Shown: in pieces, positions 56,299-64,000 of the stretch
How the letters are laid out: the number at the start of each line of letters is the position of its first letter
Position numbering within the stretch: position 1 is the first letter of the stretch
Origin: a virus
DNA: 64,000 nucleotides
Strand: one strand, 5' to 3'
IMG/VR virus record: IMGVR_UViG_3300036770_008442
Location: 1-64,000 of that record
Notes under the pieces: model-generated
The model's input: only the letters and a program-made list of their open reading frames with translations
What the model was told of the DNA's origin: nothing
The model's database searches: none
Translations under genes and position numbers: made by a program

Positions 56299-58863
56299 TT
56301 AGACTTCATAATCATCTGGATTGAAATCACCCAAACTGATGTTATATTTATCCGAAGGTTTAGAATTTCCTAGATTTAGGGGGGATTCCATTATAAAATC
56401 TCCGGATGTTAAGGGAAAAACATTTCCCAAATTTTGAGGTTTCTTTTGCCTATTTTGATCCACATAAACATTACCCGGGGATTGATCGAAATTATTTTCT
56501 CTATTTCTTAATTCTCCCCGTGATTCAATCTGGGTAGATTGCTCATAAACTTTAGAAGCTTCTAATTTAGGCGAAAAATCTTCTAATCTCGAAGGAAATT
56601 CGTTTGATAATGAATTTGGTGCTTGCGTATTTTGATTTGGAGAATTATCATAAACAGTGGAATTAAAAACCGGATATGTCCTATTAGGTACCCCTAGATC
56701 ATCCCCAGGAACTTCCCGATATAGATCAGAATCTAAAGATGGATACTGTCGAATAGGAACCCCTAGATCAGCTCCGGGAACATCTGGATAAACATCAGAT
56801 TTTATAGATTCATAGTCCCGGGACGGAACCCCCAAATCAGCTCCAGGAACACCTGAATAAACATCATCAACAAGACCGGGATACTCCCTAGTAGGAACAC
56901 CTAAATCTGAACCGGGCACACCCGGGTAAACATCATCATTAAAATCTGGATAAACCCTGTCTGGAACTCCCAGATCAGTCCCAGGAACACCCGGGTAAAC
57001 ATCATCATTAAAATCTGGATAAACACGGTCTGGAACTCCCAAGTCTTGACCTGGAACATTTTCGTAAGCGTCTCCGCTCGAAGGAGGATAAACCCGATCC
57101 GGAACCCCTAAATCAAATCCAGGAACATTCACATAAACATCTTCTTTTGGTTCTGGATAAATCCGATCTGGAACACCTAGATCGGTCCCAGGAACATTTG
57201 AATACAAATCATCTTCTACCGTCGGATAAACCCTGTCAGGAACTCCTAAATCCGATCCAGGTACATTTGGATAAGCATCAGCCTTTACCATAGGATAAAC
57301 TCTTTCCGGAACTCCTAAATCTGGACCAGGAACACCCGGGTATGAATCCGAATTTCCTCCCACTGGGGGATAAACTCTTTCCGTTGGTCCGCCCTGTCCC
57401 ATTTTTTGAGGATTGGGGAGATTTCCTTTAAAAATATTGTCTATCCCAGTTTCAGCTGCTCCATTCAAAAAGTTTTCAAGATTATTAAAACCAAGTTTAC
57501 CGCTTTCATTAGTAAATCTAGCTAATTGGGTTGGATTAAATGAATATATGTTTCCCAATAAACTTTGATCCAGTCCGCTTAAAAATCGATCAGACAGAGA
57601 TCTTATCCCTTCGTTAACAAGATCAGAAACAGCATTTGAAACAACGTTAGTTAAAAGTTGTCCAGCGTTTCCCAGAAGCTGTTCGAGACTTAAAGCATCA
57701 GAAGCTCCAAGGTCCTGTAAAGAAGATCTATTTTGATCGTATCCGTCAGCTAAAATGAGGGGTTTACCGTCACCTCTAATGTTGGGATATTGGGATTTAG
57801 TCCTTACTTTCCCGACATATATTCTGAACTGATTAGTTTCAGGTTCTGCTGAGGAAGATCCCATATCAATCGTTGATTTTATCGGGGTGGTTTCGCTAAA
57901 ATCAAATTCACACTGTTGGCATTCATAGATCATAACAGGTTTGATGCCCAGCTGATCTGTTTGGTTTGAAAGAGCAGCGATGTCGTTTGAAATTCCAGAT
58001 TGACCCAAAATATTGTTCGTAAAACTAGAGAAAGAGTTGCCCCTCCCTGAATCACTGCCACCAACAGGATCAGAGGTCAAAGAGGATAGTCCGCTTCCGA
58101 TACTGCTCCCTGCATTATTGTTAGTTTGTAATAGGTTAGAAAGACTATCGATAGCGGTTAATGTAGTACTTGAATTTATCAGTCTGCTGGTCTTGAAAAA
58201 ATTCCTAATTTCTGTAACAAAAATCCACATCGTGAACTTCCTCAAATTTCTCGGGACTAGCCATCTCATATTATCATAATCAAAGGTGGCCTGATTATAC
58301 AATTCAGCTAAAGCAGAAATTCTAAGGTTTATAGATTCTAAAGTTTTAATATTTAGATATTTTTCTGCTGTTCTTTGGGTATCAAAAGCATCGAATTGAT
58401 TTGATGTTTGAAATCCAGATCTGGAAACTTGGGACAATTTATCAAGTCCATCGATTGACTGAAAAAACCAAGGCGAATTGGCATTTATTTCTTGTAAAAG
58501 TTTAGTAAATTGTAGAATAGCATTTGCTCTCTTTGTCCTATTATTCTCAGCATCAAAAGACCCTTCTCTTTGTAGCAAATAATTATAAGCAGAATAGTAC
58601 ATTAATTGCGGGTTTGAAGCAGCATATTGTGGCTGACCAAAGGGATTATTGATACTTTCAGCCATTGATGAGTTATCTATAGAGTAATTTTCTCTTTTCA
58701 ATAAAGGACTAGGAGCCCATCCATAATTTGGATCAACCGTGAGATTTCCAAAATCAAACATTATTTTAAATCCAAGATAAGTTGGATCCTCATTTTTGCC
58801 CGAATTAGAAAGCTTAAATCCTTTAAGGAATAGACTCCTTTCTCTATCTGTTGCTTGTATCAA
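56299..58863 (-). CDS. Baseplate/tail-associated protein with C-terminal 23-aa tandem repeats
   Basis: 854 aa in baseplate block; VPGxDLGVPxRxYP repeats. Confidence 0.6.
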   Translation of the reverse strand: MIQATDRERSLFLKGFKLSNSGKNEDPTYLGFKIMFDFGNLTVDPNYGWAPSPLLKRENYSIDNSSMAESINNPFGQPQYAASNPQLMYYSAYNYLLQREGSFDAENNRTKRANAILQFTKLLQEINANSPWFFQSIDGLDKLSQVSRSGFQTSNQFDAFDTQRTAEKYLNIKTLESINLRISALAELYNQATFDYDNMRWLVPRNLRKFTMWIFVTEIRNFFKTSRLINSSTTLTAIDSLSNLLQTNNNAGSSIGSGLSSLTSDPVGGSDSGRGNSFSSFTNNILGQSGISNDIAALSNQTDQLGIKPVMIYECQQCEFDFSETTPIKSTIDMGSSSAEPETNQFRIYVGKVRTKSQYPNIRGDGKPLILADGYDQNRSSLQDLGASDALSLEQLLGNAGQLLTNVVSNAVSDLVNEGIRSLSDRFLSGLDQSLLGNIYSFNPTQLARFTNESGKLGFNNLENFLNGAAETGIDNIFKGNLPNPQKMGQGGPTERVYPPVGGNSDSYPGVPGPDLGVPERVYPMVKADAYPNVPGSDLGVPDRVYPTVEDDLYSNVPGTDLGVPDRIYPEPKEDVYVNVPGFDLGVPDRVYPPSSGDAYENVPGQDLGVPDRVYPDFNDDVYPGVPGTDLGVPDRVYPDFNDDVYPGVPGSDLGVPTREYPGLVDDVYSGVPGADLGVPSRDYESIKSDVYPDVPGADLGVPIRQYPSLDSDLYREVPGDDLGVPNRTYPVFNSTVYDNSPNQNTQAPNSLSNEFPSRLEDFSPKLEASKVYEQSTQIESRGELRNRENNFDQSPGNVYVDQNRQKKPQNLGNVFPLTSGDFIMESPLNLGNSKPSDKYNISLGDFNPDDYEV
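56650..57380 (-). repeat. In-frame 69-bp tandem repeat (10 units of VPGxDLGVPDRVYPxxxDDVYxx)
   Basis: ccaggaacacc/ctaaatc motifs recur at 69-bp spacing; visible in the translation. Confidence 0.92.
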
Positions 58864-58886
58864 CTTTAGAATAATTATTTTTGTAT

Positions 58887-60392
58887 TTATCCGGAATAAA
58901 GATTTAATGGGAAAGATTTCGGGAATGTTCCTGCACTATTCAGAGTCCATTCTCTTTTTCGAAGATGCAAAACCTGATAAATTCCGCCATATCTTTCATA
59001 ATTAACCTCTATTCCATCCAAAATGTAAATCCCCGAAAGAAATTGATCCAGTACCGGATTTATCTCTTCCTCTATTTTTTCATCATTTGAAGTACCAGCA
59101 TTATTTTTTCTTATTCCCTGGTCATTGACATAGATTAAAACAGGAATTGCCTGACCCCTGTAAAAACCAGCATAATAAGGCCTAGTTTGAACTCTCAGAG
59201 TAAATTTTGTGATCTCCTCATTATTTATTTCATTCTGGATTAAAGCCTGAATGAAATTTTCATGAACCCCTCCCCTACCGGAATCACTGCTGTTTAGAGT
59301 TCCGTACCAATTTTTTCGTATTTCTTGCCTATAAAGATCCTCTTTAGGTCTTCCCTTCTGAAGAATCTGATTTTCTCTCAGATTTTCTGTTGTTGTACTT
59401 TCAATTGTATATCTGATGTATTTCTCACTATAATTCTCCGTATTTAGTCCGCTGTCATAAAACTGAACTTCCTGGATGTATCCCCTATTATTAACAACGT
59501 TTCCTGCGTTTGATACTAATGTATAATTCGAAATATAAAGCGGAATATCCTGACTACCTTTTTGGTTCGTTAGCACCAAAGGCATTTCCTGCATTTCAAG
59601 TTCTATTCCTTGGAATTTGGTATCGTTAGCAGTATTCGTAGACATTCCTCGAATGACTTTTACCTGCTGTACATAGTCAGTAGCAGTCAACTGATTTTCC
59701 AGATTTACGAAATTCAAATTATAATAGGGATCTATCCAGACTTTAAAAAAACTTCGATCGTCTTTATAAGATCTACTAGCAACTTCCTTAATAAAATCGT
59801 AATACGAGAGGTTCGGACAAATCCACGTCATAGAGTCATTCAGATTCTGTTCATTCGAAGAGAAACCGAGATTTAATTCTTGAGAAACCTCAAATAGGGT
59901 ATCATAGGAAGTCTTTCCTCTAAATGCTTTAGATATTTCAGAATAAAGACCAGGTATTCTAGTTTCTGCCAAAATGCTGAATTGTATCCCATTGCCCTCT
60001 GGATCGGCAGATTGTCCGGATTTAACAGAGAGAATGTTGAAATCCATACGAAGAGGCTTATATACTTCTACCCATGATCTTAGATAAACAGAAACAATAT
60101 CCCCATCTTTTGGATAATTAACACTAATAAATAGAGGATCTCCCATAGTGAAATTAAATCTTAGAACTGGAATAATTCCAGTCATGTCTAGGGAGAAAAA
60201 AGATAGGTATTTTTGGACATAATATCCATTGACAAAAACCACCGGAGTATAGGCCCCGAAAGATTTCTCGTCCGCATCTTGCAATAAAGGCTGATCCCGA
60301 TTAGCATCCCCACTTCTATTCGGAACAACCAGCTCATCTAATCTAATGCTAGTTCGGGCAAAGTTATTTATGATGATCTGGTCAGAAGGCAT
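58887..60392 (-). CDS. Baseplate hub protein, gp27/gpD-like
   Basis: Position upstream of gp5; DSMTWICP, WIDPYYNLNFV, FLSGIYILDGI pattern. Confidence 0.55.
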   Translation of the reverse strand: MPSDQIIINNFARTSIRLDELVVPNRSGDANRDQPLLQDADEKSFGAYTPVVFVNGYYVQKYLSFFSLDMTGIIPVLRFNFTMGDPLFISVNYPKDGDIVSVYLRSWVEVYKPLRMDFNILSVKSGQSADPEGNGIQFSILAETRIPGLYSEISKAFRGKTSYDTLFEVSQELNLGFSSNEQNLNDSMTWICPNLSYYDFIKEVASRSYKDDRSFFKVWIDPYYNLNFVNLENQLTATDYVQQVKVIRGMSTNTANDTKFQGIELEMQEMPLVLTNQKGSQDIPLYISNYTLVSNAGNVVNNRGYIQEVQFYDSGLNTENYSEKYIRYTIESTTTENLRENQILQKGRPKEDLYRQEIRKNWYGTLNSSDSGRGGVHENFIQALIQNEINNEEITKFTLRVQTRPYYAGFYRGQAIPVLIYVNDQGIRKNNAGTSNDEKIEEEINPVLDQFLSGIYILDGIEVNYERYGGIYQVLHLRKREWTLNSAGTFPKSFPLNLYSG

Positions 60393-60397
60393 TTTAA

Positions 60398-60982
60398 TTA
60401 TAGATTAGCATTTGGGTTTGGAGTAGCATTACTGACATCTGGGGCTAGAGCTATAACAGATCTAGTTCTAACTGTTTGTCTTTCTCCTTCTTGCATTAAG
60501 TTAGGAGGCAGAATTTGGGGTGGCAAATTCTTAGCTTTAGCTGTCATTTCAATGAATTTGGATCTCGATTCACTAGTTTTAAACTTTCTTTGCTCTTGAG
60601 ATTTTCTAAATTGAGTGTTAGGATTAGATGTTCCAGATTCTTTCTGGATAAGTTTGGCTTTCTGAGTCACCGCACTATCCAGGGTTTCCTTGAGAGGAAA
60701 AACTGCTATATCTCCCTCTCCTACCGCAAAGGGATTTGAAATTCCATTGAATTTCATAAAAGATCCGGTATAGGATATTTCACCATAAGAAAGATAGGCC
60801 AATCTATCAGGTCTCATAGAAAATTCCTCCGCAACTATTTTATAATTTCTAATTTTTTGAATTACCCCGGTATAGGTTAAGCTGGATTTAGTAAGATCCC
60901 AGATACCAATATTTCTGGACTGAAGCTGGGTATCAGGATTAAATATACCCTTGTTTTTAGAAATTGTATCTATTTGTAGCAT
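60398..60982 (-). CDS. Baseplate wedge gp53/LysM-like protein
   Basis: MRPDRLAYLSYG....FMKFNGISNPFAVGEGD. Confidence 0.75.
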   Translation of the reverse strand: MLQIDTISKNKGIFNPDTQLQSRNIGIWDLTKSSLTYTGVIQKIRNYKIVAEEFSMRPDRLAYLSYGEISYTGSFMKFNGISNPFAVGEGDIAVFPLKETLDSAVTQKAKLIQKESGTSNPNTQFRKSQEQRKFKTSESRSKFIEMTAKAKNLPPQILPPNLMQEGERQTVRTRSVIALAPDVSNATPNPNANL

Positions 60983-60993
60983 TTCTGTTTTTA

Positions 60994-62883
60994 TTATTGA
61001 ACTATAACACTCGTTTGCTGCTGAAGATTCTCTAAAGGACTTGTTTGGGTAGAATCATCAGGATTAACAGCAGCAGAAGATCCATCCGTGTTTGCAAGAG
61101 CAGAAGTGGATTGATTAGACGAATAAGTCGGAAGAGAACTTTGATAAAGTCTTTGTTGACCTCTGTTAAAAATCGATTCAATCTCCCCCTTATCCCGATC
61201 TCTTCCGTGTTTGAGACTAAAAGTGGCAACAAGTTCAGTCGGAAAATCATCAGGCCCAAGAACTTCTCCAAATTCAATAGAAACGCTATCGCAAATCAGA
61301 TTACCTATCATAGCAACAGGATTTAAAGGATTACCAACAACCAGATGCCATTCACCAACAGGAGCACCAGTATAAAGAGAAAGTGGGAGTCTAATGTCTT
61401 GTATTAAGTCATCCGCTAGAGCAGCAGCCAATACATTAGAAGCTGCTCCCTCAGCATCAGCAGCGATTGCTTTTAAATCTCCTTTCTGGAACTGTTCTAT
61501 AACAGAAGCAAGATCCTGAACTGCTCTTTCGATAGAATCTTGAGTTTCCTTAAGGTCCTGAGAAACCGGATTATTCATAGTGGTTCCACTCGGATCTGCT
61601 AAAAATTGAATAGCGGTTTTGGTCCAACCGATAGGATCTGTAAAGAATCTTTTTAAACCGTCATCCCCTCCCGGGAATCCAATTGCAGGGAATTTGTTAT
61701 CATATCTTATTTCAGGGGTCAAGAAATTTCCATAATTGGTACCTAAAGCTAACAGATTTGCTATAATATCAAACATTGCTGCTTTGGTATTAACCTCCCC
61801 AACAGAGGTTAATTCATAGTGAAATTTAATATCGATAGCTTTATCTATATTAAAGGTTAATCCCCTGCCTCTAATGTAAGTTTTATCCACAGTATCAACA
61901 GAAACAAAAATAAAATCAGAAAGAGGCCCTCCTGGCTGAGTCATTTTATCACGGAGAGCAAAATTGATCTTAGGAATAGTGACCTCTTCTAATCCAGTTT
62001 GACTAGCTTGAACTGCAATATTGGCGGTGTTCCCTAGAAGTGCTAAGAGTTCACCAGCTCCCGCTTGTTCTGAAAGTCCAGTAAATGCTCTGCCCAAAAC
62101 CGATTTAAAAAATCCTTGATCAAATCCCTCTTGCTTTAATAAGTCAGCCTGGGTTTTTGACTGCCACACAAGTCCAGTAGAAAATCCTACAATATCACTT
62201 AAAGAATTATCTGTTGCTCCGCCCCACCAGGTAACAGCTTGGGCAACAGGCCTACCCGCTCCCTGAAATTTAAAGTAATCAGATTGAATAACTCCATCGG
62301 GCAAAGAAAGATTATCCCTCATGGGAGAGGGAAATCTTCTAAGAGTAATCATATAATTATTGGGGATAGTTCCATAATATTTACAATATAAAAAATCACC
62401 CCATGTATAGGGAGCAGAAGCACCTCCCAAAATTTGAGAAGTCTGAAATGATGCAGACTCACTACTCCCTCCGCCTTCTGCTGCTTCTATAGCTTCATTA
62501 GAATATTTAACCAGGGATCCAGCACTTGGATTTTTCGATTTAAAGGATGAAATTCCTGTATTAAAATCAGTTCTTTCCGATTTATAATACAGGTCAGTAA
62601 AATTATTTCCGGAAGGATTTCTTAAGGAATAAAATAAAAACTGACCATATTTGTCCTGCCCATCTTGATAAAAACCTCCTCTATAAAAAAGAGTTCTTGC
62701 AGTTGGGACAGTTAACGGAATGGCAGATCCTAAATTAGATCTAGCAGAAATCAGATTATCCGCTCCTTGCTGTCTTCCTACTTCACCTAGTGAGAAAGTT
62801 TTTTCTGCCTGATTTTCCCTTATGTTTCTTTCAACTTCGGCGGAAGTAGGTGAATTAGTATTCGTAAATGTTTCGGATGACAT
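60994..62883 (-). CDS. Tail-tube initiator/baseplate cap (gp48/gp54-like) protein
   Basis: GEWHLVVGNPLNPVAMIGNLIC...DDFPTELVATFSLKH; synteny with gp53-like. Confidence 0.5.
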   Translation of the reverse strand: MSSETFTNTNSPTSAEVERNIRENQAEKTFSLGEVGRQQGADNLISARSNLGSAIPLTVPTARTLFYRGGFYQDGQDKYGQFLFYSLRNPSGNNFTDLYYKSERTDFNTGISSFKSKNPSAGSLVKYSNEAIEAAEGGGSSESASFQTSQILGGASAPYTWGDFLYCKYYGTIPNNYMITLRRFPSPMRDNLSLPDGVIQSDYFKFQGAGRPVAQAVTWWGGATDNSLSDIVGFSTGLVWQSKTQADLLKQEGFDQGFFKSVLGRAFTGLSEQAGAGELLALLGNTANIAVQASQTGLEEVTIPKINFALRDKMTQPGGPLSDFIFVSVDTVDKTYIRGRGLTFNIDKAIDIKFHYELTSVGEVNTKAAMFDIIANLLALGTNYGNFLTPEIRYDNKFPAIGFPGGDDGLKRFFTDPIGWTKTAIQFLADPSGTTMNNPVSQDLKETQDSIERAVQDLASVIEQFQKGDLKAIAADAEGAASNVLAAALADDLIQDIRLPLSLYTGAPVGEWHLVVGNPLNPVAMIGNLICDSVSIEFGEVLGPDDFPTELVATFSLKHGRDRDKGEIESIFNRGQQRLYQSSLPTYSSNQSTSALANTDGSSAAVNPDDSTQTSPLENLQQQTSVIVQ

Positions 62884-62895
62884 GAAATAACAGTA

Positions 62896-63234
62896 CTATT
62901 TTTCATCAATATGGATGGTATAGTCTATTTTTTCTTCTATTTCATTGTCTAAGAAATACCTTAGATTTTCAATGAAAGAAGAAGAAATATTCTTATAGAC
63001 CACCAAAATATCTTGAGTTTTAGTACTATATATTCCTTGTATAATTTTCCTCTGAACTGTATAGTTTATGACAAATTCGGACTCGGATGTCAAAAATTCT
63101 AAGCTATATCCGAGTTCTCTAATAATTTTACCAATATCTACTATAAAAAAAGAAGACTCTGGACAATGTTTTTTCTTAGCCTCTTTCGGGGAGCAATTAG
63201 TAAGAATAAATCTTATTTCCCTTGCTCCCTCCAT
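62896..63234 (-). CDS. Hypothetical protein
   Basis: 112 aa ORF, tightly packed. Confidence 0.65.
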   Translation of the reverse strand: MEGAREIRFILTNCSPKEAKKKHCPESSFFIVDIGKIIRELGYSLEFLTSESEFVINYTVQRKIIQGIYSTKTQDILVVYKNISSSFIENLRYFLDNEIEEKIDYTIHIDEK

Positions 63235-63236
63235 TA

Positions 63237-63581
63237 TTAGGCAATCTTTTCTTTAGAATCTAGAAAATTATCAGAATCAGATCCCTGAGGTAAATCGGAA
63301 TTCTGTAAATAATTAGAACCTAAAAAATCAAAAGAAGATCCAGAAACATTTTCATTAGAGTTGATGAGACCGGAAATAGATTCTCCCTCTATTCTTTCAG
63401 TATTTTTTCTCTCAGATTCAAGTTCTAAATTTTTAATTCTTTCCAAATGTCCGAGATGTAAATATTTACCCATCTCTTGGGATCTTCTATATCTTTCCCT
63501 CTGCTGATCTAAAGTTTCTTCTTTCCCTAAATACCCCAACTTTTTAGCAAGTTGTCTTCTTTGTCTTCTAGATTCACTCAT
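63237..63581 (-). CDS. Hypothetical protein with basic N-terminus
   Basis: 114 aa; MSESRRQRRQLAKKLG. Confidence 0.65.
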   Translation of the reverse strand: MSESRRQRRQLAKKLGYLGKEETLDQQRERYRRSQEMGKYLHLGHLERIKNLELESERKNTERIEGESISGLINSNENVSGSSFDFLGSNYLQNSDLPQGSDSDNFLDSKEKIA

Positions 63582-63592
63582 TTTAGAATTTT

Positions 63593-64000
63593 TTAAATTG
63601 TACTTGATTTCGAAGGAGACGTACTTTGTATATCTATCCCCAAAACATATTTGAAAAGTTTTAAGAAGAGACCAGGGATAAAAATATCTTTAGCTTTTAC
63701 GACATCATTGGCTGGAATAAACATAAATTCCATCTCCTGTTCTTTCTGACTACCGTCTGTAATAGGATCTCTCTTTTCTATATTCGTAACATCAACCGCA
63801 AAGCAAGGTTGTTCGTGTTGGACGAATTTAGACGAAGTTACAGATCCAAGATAATACCATCTTTTATTATCAGAAACCTCGAATCCAGCTTCCTCGAGCA
63901 ACTCTCTTTTGGCCGTTGTCAATAAATCAGGATCTTCGTCTTCAGTTGTTCCTGTAATCAGGGTAACAGAATATCCTTCATCCCTGAATGGATTTTTTTC
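63593..64000 (-). CDS. Nudix hydrolase (5' end lies beyond window end)
   Basis: Frame open to 64000: ITGTTEDEDPDLLTTAKRELLEEAGF Nudix box. Confidence 0.85.
   Translation of the reverse strand, partial: EKNPFRDEGYSVTLITGTTEDEDPDLLTTAKRELLEEAGFEVSDNKRWYYLGSVTSSKFVQHEQPCFAVDVTNIEKRDPITDGSQKEQEMEFMFIPANDVVKAKDIFIPGLFLKLFKYVLGIDIQSTSPSKSSTI

Noticed and set aside
56650-57380. 69-bp periodic repeat as a CRISPR array
   Set aside because: Conservation is at the amino-acid level with synonymous variation inside an 854-aa ORF
47311-62883. Bacterial contractile injection system (eCIS/T6SS) rather than phage
   Set aside because: Linked to a neck protein and T4-type replication genes (gp32, primase, UvsW), consistent with a myovirus genome
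2132-63256. Numerous short plus-strand and nested ORFs in the track (e.g. 2132-2467, 13469-13960, 55194-55715)
   Set aside because: Antisense or out-of-frame shadows of well-supported minus-strand genes, with no motifs
1-64000. Stop-codon reassignment as in some huge phages
   Set aside because: Long ORFs tile the window in code 11, and TAG (e.g. 11969, 62896) and TGA (e.g. 3813, 7543) both end genes at sensible positions
1-64000. tRNA, rRNA, introns or inteins
   Set aside because: Intergenic gaps are short with no cloverleaf seen; UvsW, primase and PhoH have normal lengths with no intein or homing-endonuclease motifs

Overview
This 64-kb window is a gene-dense, AT-rich segment of a large T4-like myovirus (huge/jumbo phage type), translated with genetic code 11. 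Nearly every real gene is on the minus strand; phoH is the only plus-strand gene. The host is probably Bacteroidota, inferred from an Hc1-like histone protein, a DUF4494-like protein, a PorZ-like propeller and AT-rich leaders without Shine-Dalgarno sites. From right to left it carries: a Nudix hydrolase; a baseplate/neck block (gp48/54-, gp53-, gp27-, gp5-, gp13-, gp25-, gp6-like) with an amidoligase-like gene and a ribosomal protein S1 homologue inserted; about 25 kb of large tail/fibre genes; a RuvC-like resolvase; a sugar-nucleotide module built around a form IV RuBisCO-like protein (NTP-transferase, cupin, RLP, GDPD-like, glycosyltransferase-like); a T4-type replication block (gp32, primase, UvsY, UvsW); and a block of proteins sharing a putative capsid-targeting/prohead-protease signature. 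That last block includes a Pol-beta-type nucleotidyltransferase, an RNA-ligase-like/HIGH nucleotidyltransferase fusion and a 22-aa LRR protein. A GATATATA motif precedes many genes and is a candidate late promoter. All calls come from motif recognition by eye; no database search was run.
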